DNA of 61,121 nt, filler included. It is 14 parts of 14 records of this genome, joined end to end, with 100 filler letters (N's around TTAATTAATTAA, not from the genome) between each part and the next. Parts side by side here need not be neighbours in the genome. Positions count along the whole stretch, not along the records: positions 20,036 to 24,066 come from SRR15195285_2793; positions 24,167 to 28,715 come from SRR15195285_2797; positions 28,816 to 36,643 come from SRR15195285_2804; 11 more parts are not named here. One strand, 5' to 3'. The position numbers and the translations under genes were made by a program. The notes beneath the pieces were generated by a model. That model ran no database searches. It was given only the letters and a program-made list of their open reading frames with translations, and was not told the DNA's origin. This document shows, one piece after another, positions 21,220 through 33,241 of this stretch. Within the stretch, counting starts at the first letter, position 1. The number at the start of each line of letters is the position of its first letter.

Positions 21220-23776
21220 TTAGGCGCGGTTGGACTGGCTGTCAACACACCCAAATGTCCTACCAGTTGCCTCTACAGTGACATTGGTTGGCTTCAGCAA
21301 GAAGCAGGTGTTGGGGTTTGTGGGCCCCGCCTCTTGATTCGCAATTTTCGGTCCCCAGACGAACGCCCCACACGCCTTGTTTGCCTTGCAGAGCGCGCAA
21401 CACATAGGGAAGGTCGAACAATTTGATTCGGAGATATGACCGCCGCCGTCGTGATCTGTACTCGAGTGCATTGTGCATGACGGCCCACAGGTCACGACCT
21501 TAGGTTTGCCTGGTGGTGGTGGCGGTGGTAAAGCTGGAGGGTAGCAGACGGCCTTGTGCCTGCGGTAAAGCGGAAAGGTATCAAGTGGAGTCAATACGCT
21601 GATGTTGGCGCTCTTTGCCGTAGTGTTGATAATCGTGCCGTCGAAGTAGTCCTGCCATACGTACGGAATGGGAAGCTTCGGCAGGTACACAAAGCGCTCC
21701 GTAGCGTTTTCGACCAGGACAGGGGCCACAAGATAGTCTGAACGCACGTCAAACATCATGAACATAACTAAGTTTGCTGAATGCATTGCACACAGAAACG
21801 GAGTTGCGGACTCACCCGGACCGAACATGAGCTGATCATCAACGGTAGCCGCCATAGGGTCATCCCAGAAATCGTAGAACAACGGGCGCATAACTGGTGT
21901 GCCTGTTTGCGATGCCACTTGGTACTGCTCCATGATGTAGGGACGGAGCTGCTCCCGTATGCGCATGACCTTGGCGATTGCCAGTTCTGCCTCCTCTCCG
22001 AAATTCCAGATTTCATTACTCGCGCCAGTGCGCCCACATGTCCCACTATCATCCTGCGGGAGTGAACCCGTGCGCCGACCGTGCGCTCGAAATATCGGAC
22101 AGAAGGCACTGTATGCACACCACACGTGGACAGCCACACTGAGACAAAGCGCAGACCACGGAGTATTACTAACCAAACGGTCTAAGAACTCACCCCCACT
22201 GGAACCACCTGACCACCAGCTGCCGAAAATATGGCGTCGAGACATTACCCCCGTTGTATCCTCCTATGTCAGTTGTCCAGTAGGGGATGCCACTCATCAC
22301 AAAGTTCAAGCCTGCGCGGAACTGCTGATTGAAATTTGCCCAGTTGGAACTCGTGTCGCCTGACCAGATTGCCGCGCCAAAGCGCTGTGAGCCAGCCCAC
22401 GCCGAACGCCCGAGGTACACGTCGTCAAGAGTCGGATTGTCTTGCGTGGTGCCCTCGTACACCATCTGGTTCACCTGGTGTGGATAGGCTGCGCCCACGA
22501 AGGACGCAGGCCATGTCCCGTTCTTGTAAATTAGTTGCGTCATATCTCCTCCACACGGTTCGTCGCAGTCAAGCCACCAGTGGTGCAGGCCATACGGCTT
22601 GATGTACCCAGTCTCTACTGCGTTCCACGCATACTCGCGTGCTGCCGGCTGAAATAGATCGTACAGGAAGGCGTCGCCGTAAGCAGCATTAGTTGGCTTG
22701 CCGTCTGCCCCGTCGACCAGGAGGCCTAGCTCCTCAGCCCTTGCGTAGTTTTTGGATTGCCCAGTCACCGAGTGGAAATAGGGTGATAGCATGAGCTCGA
22801 TCCCCATCTGTTTGAGCTCAGACACCATGGCCGCTGGGTCTGGCCAGCACTCAGCTGGCAATGTCTCGTCCCCGAGCGGACCTGGTGACCATGAGAAATA
22901 GTCGATGATGAGCAGGGAGATCGGGTAGCCTCGCTGAGTATACCCACGAGCGATATCCATCACCTGCGTTTGGTTGTGGTATCGGTTCTTGCACTGCCAG
23001 AAGCCTGATGCCCAGTGCGGATAAACCGGAGCGTGGCCGGTAGCATTGGCGTAGGCCTCCTGCAGCTGGGCCCAAGGTGAGACGGTAGCAGCGCCAGCGT
23101 CAGTAGTCGCCACCCAAAAGTCAGCCTGCAGGACAGTTTGCAGCTGCCATGTCATGCTACCATCCGCTAAGTCGACCGTACCGAAGCCGGGCAAGTTCAT
23201 CAGGATTGAGTAACCCTTGCTAGAGTGCGCGACAGGAATCGAAATTTCTGTATTGCGAGGACTAAGATCGAAAGATAGGCCGGCGTTATCGAGCTGACCA
23301 GTCTTGTGCTGACCCAACCCATAGTATTGCTCCCCAGGCGCTGACGTGAAAGTCATGTTCAGCCCCAGCCATCCACCCTCAACTGGTGGCGTGGACACGG
23401 TTGGTCCTAGCCAGCGTGGCGACTTCTCCGCCAGCAGCAGTGTGCCGTCGGAGACTCTCGTGAAGCTCAGCCTCCCGTCCACAGCCACTGTCGCCCGGAG
23501 ATTTCCAGCGGTGACCGTCTGTGGCGCAGCGTTGCCCAGGCTCACAGCGGCGCACGACGCAGGCTCGTGGCCATGAGGTAGCAGCGCGGAGACCAGGTCG
23601 TCACGAAACTCGTCGCCACTGGGGACCACGCGCACGCGCACCGCGTTTTCTCCCCACTGCTCGATCTTGAGCTCGTGACCAGCGTTCTCGTCGCGGACCA
23701 CCAGACACGGCGCGCTCGCCGCAGCTGCCAGGGATGAGAACGCCATGAAGGCCACCAGTCCCCTCGGTGTCGTCAT
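21220..23776 (-). CDS. Secreted GH31 glycosidase (alpha-xylosidase/alpha-glucosidase-like) with C-terminal Pro linker and PAN/apple-like module; 3 exons
   Basis: Signal peptide, YYGLGQH, GFWQCKNRY, WWLDCDEP (nucleophile), RSAWAGSQRFGAAIWSGD (acid/base), PYWTTDIGG, RWFQWGAFCPIFRAHG, GTPVMRPLF, FGPDYLVAPV. Introns 22109-22193 and 21738-21815. The tail has CCALC...CGAFVW...CFL. Confidence 0.93.
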
Positions 23777-24166
23777 CGCGCTGCTGTCTGCGGTGGCGGC
23801 GGAGGATCCACACGGTGCGTGCTCCGTGCTGGCAGACGGTTCGCGCCCAGGCTAAACGTACAGGCTTCCCGCTTCCGCGGCCTGTACGTTTGAATACGGA
23901 GCTGTAATATCCTAATACTAGTAACCCGCGCCGCCGCCGCGAGCGAGGTGACGACGGACGACAAGATGCGTGCGTGATGCATGCACGGGCGCCGGGGTGA
24001 GTCCGTATCCGCGCGCCCACGTAGCGGGTAAGTACTATGTGATTTGATCGGTCCTGGGGCAATTTTNNNNNNNNNNNNNNNNNNNNNNNNNNNNNNNNNN
24101 NNNNNNNNNNTTAATTAATTAANNNNNNNNNNNNNNNNNNNNNNNNNNNNNNNNNNNNNNNNNNNN

Positions 24167-24207
24167 ATTTGCTGCAGGACAGCCAAGCATATGTACTCAT
24201 TCTCGAG
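24167..24207. repeat. Left arm of a 41-bp inverted repeat (right arm 28675-28715)
   Basis: ATTTGCTGCAGGACAGCCAAGCATATGTAC (24167-24196) is the exact reverse complement of 28686-28715; the next 11 bp match at 9/11. Confidence 0.95.
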
Positions 24208-27200
24208 GAGCCAATAGCCAAGATCCGGACGCGTCTAGACTCCCTACGTCGCGCCTTAGCTATGATGCAGGGTCTCTTATCCAGCTCAGATTTCGGTGCC
24301 ATTTCTACGGCTCTAGAGGAGTACGATGATCTGCCTGGAGAATGTAGGGAAGTGTGGTCGTTGCTTGTGGATCGATGCAATCTTCTTGTGGACAAGGCAA
24401 ACGATGCTTTGGCAGAACGTCTGCGTTCTGACGATATATCGTCAATCGATCATGTGCTCAGTCAGTATGGCGAGTACAAAGATGCGGTCGAGGAAGCGTT
24501 TGATGCTCTGGGAACTCATCGAGACGAATTGGTTCGTCAACGAAATGATGCCGTGCGTGAACTCACAGGCCTTCTGGATTCTCATGACCCAAATGTTGTG
24601 ACCAGCGCCATGACGAAGTATGAGATGCATTTGGACAGTTTGGTGATCACCGCCCGCGGTGCACTCGCAACGCATTTCCACGAAATGATCTCTGGCGCAC
24701 GATCGGCACTGGAGCACAGTGCTCTCCAAGGTTCCATAAATGACATGGAGCAAGAGCTAGAGCGATACAAAGACTACAGCCACGTTCTGGCTGACTCATT
24801 TCAATCAGTCCAAGAGCGTATAGGCGTACTTAACGAAGCGTTTGCGGCAATGGAAGTTCTGCTAGACAGTACAGACTTCTACGCTTTATCAGAGGTGGTA
24901 GAGCGATACGATGACTTGCCCGGCGAATGCAAGGACCTCTGGACTGAACTTGTACAGCGTTGCAACGATCTGGTAGACGACGCCAACGGATCTCTGGTAC
25001 AGCTTACACAGTCAAATGATGTTGAGGCAATTAACAGGGCTCTTGAGAAATTTGCTAAGTATGGTGAAGCTGTTGAGGATGCCATGGCGACGTTGACGGC
25101 GCACCGAGACTCTTTGCTGAGCAAAGCATCGCAGATAGTTCAGGAGATCACAGCTTTGCTGGAGTCTGATAATTTTGCAGCAGTCAACGCGGCTGTAGGT
25201 AGGTACTCAGATCATGCTGTCGCAGAGGTGCAGTCTGTACATGCAGACATTGTTTTGCACCGTGACCAGCTACTAGACGCTGCTAGGTCGCTGTTAGGCA
25301 ACGCTGCAACAAGTGGCGGGATTGCAGATCTGAGCGACGCGCTGTCTCAAACCGAAGCCTACCAAGATGTGCTCTCGGCTCTGACTGGTATGGCGCAAGA
25401 TCGTCTCAGCGAGCTCACTCAAGCTTTGGCGGTCTTGGAAGTGGTGTCCCTGAGCTCGGACTATGTAGAAATTGCTAGCACACTGAAGAAGTACAGCTCT
25501 CTACCGGGCGAATGCAAAGAGGCATGGCTGTCGCTTGAGGAACGCTCACGCGTTCTGGTTGGGCATGCAATCCAGCAGCTCACAAACCATGTGCAGAGCG
25601 ACAATGTAGATGCGATTGACCAGGCTATCGATCAGTACAGTGATTACGGGGAGGCGGTTGCAGATGCACTTCTAGCTCTTGAGAAGCGCAGAAAAATCAT
25701 CATCAGCGACGCTAAGGATACAATGACGAGGTTGGCCAACTCCGAGGAGTTTGACAATATCTGTGCCGCAATCACTACTTACGAATATCTGGTTGATGCA
25801 GCAACGCAGTGGACCCAGCTCGTCCAACATCGCGATGAATTGTTGAGTGCGGTTCGGACTGATTTGCGTACACTTTGTTCATCATCAGACGTTGAAGCGA
25901 TAGAAGCTGGACTGATCAAGTTCAAGGCGTTTGACTCCCATGCTACTGAGGAAATTCGTGCCCTCCGAGATCACAAGCTGACACTGCTTGACGATGTCGC
26001 TCAGGTAATCGATGAGTTGCTGACCTTGGTTGACTCTGAAGACATGGGCCTCATTGCTGCTGTCTTAACGGAGCACATTGACAGCACAAATGCAGACATC
26101 CGTGCCGCAGCCCAGGAGCTGCAAGCCCATAGCGAAGACTTGCTGGCGGCAGCAGTAGACCACATGGAGCAGCTGCTGTTGTCTGCAGATTTGGCTGAAC
26201 TTGACTCTGCACTGACCAAATACTCGGCGTACGGTGAGGAGGTTGAGGATCTGGTGCAGGGCGTTTCAAAGCACCGAGAAGCGGTTGCTAGTGGGGTTGC
26301 AGCTGCATTGAAGGAGCTTGGGGATCTTCTGCTGTCGGAAGACTATGCTGCTATCTGCGCTGCAATGGAGACGCACACGCAGTATGCATCGCCAGAAGTA
26401 AAAGCGGCCTGGCAGGCGTTGGCTGGCAGGCGAGGAGAGCTACTAGAACGCACCAAGTCTAGACTGGCAGTGGCATGTGCCGAGGACAACATTTTAGCTC
26501 TTGGTGCAGCTCTACATGAGAGTGAGCCGTACTCGGAGTCTTTGTCCGCTGAAATTGGCGAAGCTAGTGGCAAGAAGGCACGTCTGATCGCAGACTGCAT
26601 ATCACAAATGACGTCGTTGCTCACCAGTGACGATTTGGCAAGCATTAAGAAGGAACTAGACACGAATGAACCCTGCACTGCATGCAGTGATGAGTTCAGT
26701 AACACATGGCAAAAGTTGAATGCCCATTATGGCACGACAGTACAGAGTATGGTATCGATGGTACAAGCTCTGAAGTCATCCGAAAGCCTCAGCGAAATCG
26801 ATGTGGGTCTGAGTACCTTGGCAAGATGCGGTGATGTTGCAGATCTTGCCATCGCGACATCCGAAATTCAAGCGCACCGTACGTCAGTTTTCCGGATCGC
26901 TGAGATGGGGAAACGACTCGCTGCAGCGAAAGAGGCAGAGGCGGAGGCTGCCCGAATTGCAAAAGAACAGCAGGTACGGGAAGATGCGGCGCGCATTGCA
27001 TCACAAGACGCAGCTGTTGCGGAAGCAGTTCGGGTAGCTGCAGAGGAGAAGGCATCTGTAGAGGAGGCACGAGCAAAAGCCGCAGATGAGGCGGCACGCG
27101 TGATAGCAGCTGCTGAAGAGCAAGCAGCGCGACTTGCAGCTGAACAACAGGCCAATGCTGAAGACGTGGCTGCCAAAGAAAAAGCTGCTGCAGCAGCCGT

Positions 27201-28715
27201 CAGGGTGGCTGCAGAAGAAGAGGCATGCCGTATTGTTGCAGCTGCAAAAGAGGACGCAGCACGTGTTGCGGCTGAACAACAAGCTGCGGCTGAAGCCACG
27301 GCTGCCGAAACTGTACGGGCACATGCGGAAGAAAAAGCGAAGGCCAAGGCTGCCGCAGAAGCTACAGCTCGACTGGTCGCCGAAGAGGAAGCTGCCGCTA
27401 AGGCGTTGCGGATGGAAGCAGAGGATGAAGCTGCTCGGGTAGTGGCAGCAGCACACAATCAGGCGGCACGCATAGCTGCTGAGCAAGCCGCTGCAGCCAA
27501 GGCTGCAGCGGAAGAGGCATCGCGAATTGTAGTAGAAGAGCAAATTTCCCGTGCGGTGGCGGAAGCTGACCAGCAAGAGGCCGGTGTTTTAGTCTCTACG
27601 TGCGTGGCTGAACTCAACAGCTTAGCAATTTCGGAGGACTTCGCAGCCGTGTGTGCCGGGGTGTCGCTGTACAGCAGCCACGAGCATCCTGATGTGCGTA
27701 GCGCATGCAATATCGCGACCACCAGCCGCAACAAATTAATGCAGAAGATGCGCACCAAGTTGCGAAAGGCTGCACAAGACGGAGGAATCGCAGATTTGCA
27801 GCAGGTACTCCACGACAGTAAGCCGTACTCGAGCCAGTTGGGAACGCAGATTCAAACTGCGCAGAATCGTCAGGACCAGCTGCAGAAAGCATTATCTGGA
27901 TTGGAAGAATTGTCTCCGTCTGACGATATCGTCGAGGCAATTACAGCCCTGGAATCTTTCGCAGCTCTTCCTGGGGAGTGTGCCGATGCCAGGCAGTCAG
28001 TGCAGCGCGAAATTGATACCACGCTTCGTAGAGTTGGTGAAGAGCTTTTGCAGCTTTGCTCCTCCAAAGCGATCGATGCTATTGATGTTGCCTTGGCCCG
28101 ACATTCTGACTTGGCGAAGCATCCAGCAGTCGAAGCAACGGTTCGCGATCCCTATGCGCAACTTCTCGCGCATCGAGCCTCGTTGATGTCTGGCTCGACA
28201 GACTTGTTGCGCACATTTGCTGGCTCAGATGACTTCGTCGGTATGTCCAAACTTCTAGCTGAGCATGATGGAAGCCCGACTGTCGAAATGCCATTCGAAA
28301 CGCAGCAAGCGTGGGAGCACTTGACTGTTCGCCGGCAGCAGCTGTTGTCTCAGGCCGTTGCAACATGCGACGAATTCATTCAAACCAGTGGCATTGCTGG
28401 CATCAAATCTGCACTGGCAAAGTTTGAGCCATATTTGGAAGCACCCACCATTCAGCAAGGAGATCTGCAAGATCTGATGCGCTCGCTATCTTCCCTGCGA
28501 GCACGATGGGTTGTAAGTACCGACGCAGCCAAGTCTGAGCTGCAAGAGCTTTTGGGTGGACATAACGTTACACTGTCGCAGATAGAAGACACTCTGGCCA
28601 AATTCTCTGGGTCCGGGTACGGTGAGGTAGTGGAAGCTCTGCTTGAAGCGCTGACTGCCCGCAAGAAAGGCATGCTCGAGGATGCGTACATATGCTTGGC
28701 TGTCCTGCAGCAAAT
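24169..28715 (+). CDS. Fragment (>1500 aa, open at both ends) of a large alpha-helical repeat protein with an Ala/Glu-rich coiled coil
   Basis: Uninterrupted frame with ~40-45-aa units (LL.SDD...I..AL..Y..Y). LPGEC recurs at 24331, 24916 and 25501 (585-bp period) and at 27967. An AEEEAAR-type coiled coil lies at ~26900-27560. Confidence 0.85.
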
Positions 28716-29443
28716 NNNNNNNNNNNNNNNNNNNNNNNNNNNNNNNNNNNNNNNNNNNNTTAATTAATTAANNNNNNNNNNNNNNNNNNNNNNNNNNNNN
28801 NNNNNNNNNNNNNNNCCCCCCCAAGTCTCTCCGCCAGTCTCTGCTCCGCAGCACCGTCCCTAGTCTTCGCACAGTCATACCGCGCTCGGCGCGGGGCAAA
28901 TTCAGCCGGTACTGAGTCCAAGCGCCGGGACTCATTCCGGCGTGAATCGCGGTCACGACCACTCATGTGTGCTGATTCTGCGGCGCGGTCTGCCCTGTGA
29001 GAGGGCAGATGATTGGGCAGATGAAGAGATGATTCTAGATTCAACCAAGCCGTGCCGGCTTCCGGCCGGAGGGCTTCGGCTTGCCGATTCTGCGGCCGCG
29101 CCGACTCGCCGCGCTCCCCGCTCAGCCTCTGAGCGCTCTAAGGTCTAAGCCACCATTCGACCAGTCGCTGCCGCTTCGCTGGTTCGGCTGAAGCATTAGC
29201 TACACCGGAGAGGAGCGTAGCTGCAGTTGGACAAGGGTGTGTGCAGTGTTTGCGTGGTTAGTGAGGCAAGCGCAAGGAAATTCGGACGGTGGCTGGTTCA
29301 GATACCTGACGCAGGTGGGCAAGGTGCCAATAGCCGGGCTTGCTGTGCCGCCCTCGCCCCCGCCGCCCCGCCCCGCAGTTTGGAGCTTTGTAGAACCGAC
29401 CGTTCATCGGACGCACGGTCGCATGGGCACCGCGCGTACTAGT

Positions 29444-32400
29444 ATGAAAGCCACAGCATCCCGTTCGGCTGTTCGATACTGCAGCTTCTTAGCACTCGTG
29501 ACAGCATCGGTTGTGGCACGCCAAAATTCGCTGATGGATTCTTCAGCTTGTGAGCTTCCACGCCTGTGGCGGGCGTTGGCGCATCGTCCACTGCTACACG
29601 TGAACAGTAGCGTCGTGACCGCATTCGTCGCCAGTGAAAAAGCGCTGAAATCAGATGACGAAGACGAAGGTTCAGGCCATGGGAAGCCTGGACGCTCCAT
29701 TCGCAACCGTGCACCTACCACAGGACACCGGAATATCTCTGTGTCATCCGTACAAGCCGAAACATGTTGCGATGACATAGACTGCCCATGGCCTCAACAT
29801 AAGGAAAAACGCGGAGGATGGTTTCCAGATTGCTGCTTTGCAGGTAGTTGCTGCCGCTGTGTGCTAGGTCCTCCCCCGCCTCCGGCAGTTTGTGTGCCAG
29901 GCGTCGATGTGCCAGATCACAAAGTGCCTTACTTTGGTTTTAAGGAGATGCTCAACCGCAACAATACGGAGATCGACCGCACTGTCCGCTTTCCAGGGCG
30001 CTCACAACAAGCACTGAATTTTGTCGACGGAGACAAACACATTCACTTGACGTACGATGTAGAACACCATGACGCTCCTTTGCTCGCGCTCGACCACGAT
30101 GAAGAGTGCGTGGAGTCGGTCGTGTGCACAAGTCGCGAAGAGTTTGTCGTGACTTTTTGCAACATGGCAAGCGCCAGTACGGCGGTGGTGGACTTTGCGG
30201 GCGATGGGCTGCTAGCGGGTGGATCGCACTGGAACTGCAGTGAGGACGGCTCCGGAGCACCGAAAGTTATCTTGCGTAAAACGCATGGCGTAAGCAGAGA
30301 CGCTCGTGACAACCGCACGATCCGATTCTTCACAAGTCAGGCGAAATACCACGATTTCTTTAAGACCGCAAACGTCAGGTTTGGCACGAACCTATGGTAC
30401 GATATGCACCGGCATACCCATACGCACACAGAATACGAAAACTCACGGAACGATGATCTTAGTACAACCGGGACACCACAGCGGCCGGTCCAAGGATGGT
30501 TCGACCAGGGCTTCCCAGGCTTTTTGAGGGAATGTGCTCAAACGGTGCAAACAATCGTGCGTTTGCTCTAGGAGCATGCGCATACTGCTGTGCGTTGCTG
30601 CTCAAGTTCTCTGATAGCGGTTGGTCGTGCATCTGCAACTCACAGGGTGACATAGTGAACGCCGTCATTGACGCCATTGAGTTCGCCTATCAGTTTTTGA
30701 AATCAGGGAAGCTGCACTGCGATAAGGACCTGGCCCTGACCGGTTGGGGCATAAACTACAACAACGTGACAGGACAAGCCAACCAGACTCCAATCGTTCT
30801 CTGGCACGGCACCAAAGAAGGGCCAAAGGGGAAAGCCCAAGGAGGCGTCTACTTTGACAACACTTACGTCAACATCGAAGCTGGGCTGACATTTGAGCTT
30901 GATGTTGACGACTATTGGCCCACGCATGTGAAGGCGGCCGTTTACGGCAAAGCAAAGGCCAACGCAGAAGCCAGAGCCGATGTGAGCGCGGAATTCGAGG
31001 ACCACAATAGCACGCTGGTGCACACGTTCGTTATCCCCAAAAAGTACTGTCCGACCATTCGCATTAGCGGGATTCCGTTTGAATGGAGCGTGAGTATCCC
31101 CCTCGAAGTCGGATACGACTTCAAGGCATCTGGAAGTGCTCAGGTCAGCGCAAAAGCTCATGCACAGGGTTTCGTGAATTTTGGGATGAAGGCAGGTTGT
31201 CCCGCAAAGACCACAGATAGTTGTGATTTTAACCAATACTCCGATTACGACTGGGATCATGAACCACAGAGGCCGAAATTGTCGCTAGACGTCGATGCAA
31301 GTTTAAAGATCTGGTTGCTCCCCACGGTTCAGCTTAATATCGACCACATCGGGGCACCGAGCATGGGTCTGAAGACATCTTTGGAGCTAAAGGTCAGTGG
31401 CGGTGGAAACTTTGCCGGTAGCAACAACTATTGTGCAAAGAAACCAAACAACATGTATGGAGCACAGATCGCGGTAAATCTAGGGTTTGAAATCACTGCT
31501 GGACTGCAGGTGGATATCGGTTTTAAGGGGCCGATCGCGCCAGAACACAAGTGCTCACTTGGCCCCTTCCCCGTTCCTTGTCCACGGATAGTGCTGCCGC
31601 CGTACGGACCTTGGGGTATATGGTCGAAAAAGCTGCCGATATGGTCAGGTTGTGTCGGTTTCGGTAATCAAGCAATTTCTTCCACTCCTCTTGCGGTTGG
31701 CGATCAAGGTGCGAGCAATGCCTACGAAGAGCCTTCATTCGAGACGGATGGTCTGGTCCCCGGGACCACTTGGACTGGAATCCAACGCAGAACGAACACA
31801 GCCGGGTCGTGCAAAGGTTTTCCGACCTTGATCAACATCAGTCTGCAGCTCGTCAACCGCACATTGAAACAATCAAATGGACAGGGCAGAGTTCGTGATT
31901 TCTCTGCTGAATTCGTAGCTACACAGACATGGGCAAACGAAGAAGGCGATGACCACCCGTTTGGCTGTCTCGTTCAGACCGGCTACGATATGGCTTATCT
32001 GGACGAAGGCGTGGTGCTGATGACTCCTTCATCAAACTTTGTTCAATCATCAGTCAACTACCAACAATGCACAGAGGATCGTACAGAAAATTTGCGCAAA
32101 CCTGATAGTTTTCGCGCGACCAAATTTTTCTCCTGCACTACCGACAATGGAACCCACAACAAGGTATGCAGTCTCACTCTTGAGGATGAAGAAAAGTGCT
32201 CGGAAGTTGTCCTCACAGTGTCAGACATCAGTGAAGGTCCCTTTCCACTAGAACATCGTGAGAAGAACGATCTTCAGTTGCTGTACGAGGAATGGCGCGC
32301 ACATATCGTCATCGGGATGATTGTTGTGGCTTCTTGTTGCCTCTGTTGCTGCTGCATGTGCTGGCGGGAACGCAAGATGCTCAAGGCGAAGTCTAGGCCA

Positions 32401-32502
32401 ATCAAACGATGTTGTACTGTCATTGAGGGTTGCCTGGGGTGCCGTCACTGCAAGTGCCCTTGCCGTCGCCACGCTGAGTACAACGACCCATTTCTTCTGT
32501 GA
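29444..32502 (+). CDS. Type I membrane/cell-surface protein with beta-rich ectodomain and Cys-rich juxtamembrane tail; 2 exons
   Basis: Signal peptide (CSFLALVTASVVA; alternative ATG at 29423), Cys-rich segment and PPPPP linker. Intron 30557-30645 (GTGCGT..CAG) joins the two ORFs in phase. C-terminal TM HIVIGMIVVASCCLCCCCMCW and tail ending YNDPFLL. Confidence 0.75.
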
Positions 32503-32650
32503 ATGATGCCATGAGTGTGAAAAGTGGAATGCAGTTGGTAGCGATTGCGCGATCATACCATTTTGCCATCAATCCGGGGTTTGCGTCGGGAGAAGGGAAT
32601 GGAGGGATATAGTGTCGGCTTTCAGATTTTCATTTGTTTTCAACAAAACA

Positions 32651-32755
32651 GATCAACATCAGTCTGCAGCTCGTGATGTCGTGAACCGCACATTGAAATA
32701 ATCAAACGGGCAGCGTAGAGTTCGTGATTTCTCTGCTGAATATATTCGTAGCTAC
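32651..32755 (+). repeat. Degenerate direct duplicate of coding segment 31830-31922
   Basis: GATCAACATCAGTCTGCAGCTCGT...AACCGCACATTGAAA...AGAGTTCGTGATTTCTCTGCTGAA...TTCGTAGCTAC is shared. The copy has substitutions and two short insertions. Confidence 0.92.
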
Positions 32756-33241
32756 CTCACCTCTTTTGCGAGCATGTCCTTCGGTAGAAGGGCATAAGTC
32801 TAAGTCTACACGTAGTTAGGTTTGGGTAAGGGGGGCTTCCTGTCGCCAACGACCCGAAGTCTGGTTTCTTCGTCCTCTTGTCATATGAGTGGCAAAGGCG
32901 GTGGCCGTAGGCGGGGTCAAGCTGGGCTGAAAGTTTCCTTCTAGTAGGATTCTTTGCGTTCACATCAGGGCGGCGCCGACACTAGCGTGACGTGGGGACG
33001 CCAGCCGTGACGATGCGTCGTTGCTTTGTCCGGTGCTGACGATGGGTTACGTCCAGTGCTTATCGGGCTGACACTGGGCACGAGGCCCTTATGCCAAGTC
33101 CCAAGTGCAAACCTCGGCTAGACCCTTTTCTCTACCGGTAATGAATGTTTCGGCGCGGACGAATGAGGCATGGTCTTACTGATCACAATAAGATAGTACA
33201 TTCTTCACACGGACGGACGCTCGGCACGCAACTGTGACTCT

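Noticed and set aside
26868-27758. Long minus-strand Ser/Ala-rich ORFs as the alternative product of an inversion
   Set aside because: They are antisense shadows of the Ala/Glu coiled coil; the minus strand has many stops elsewhere in the contig.
24167-28715. DNA transposon defined by terminal inverted repeats
   Set aside because: No transposase or integrase motifs inside and no flanks to show a target duplication; the interior is a cellular-type repeat protein.
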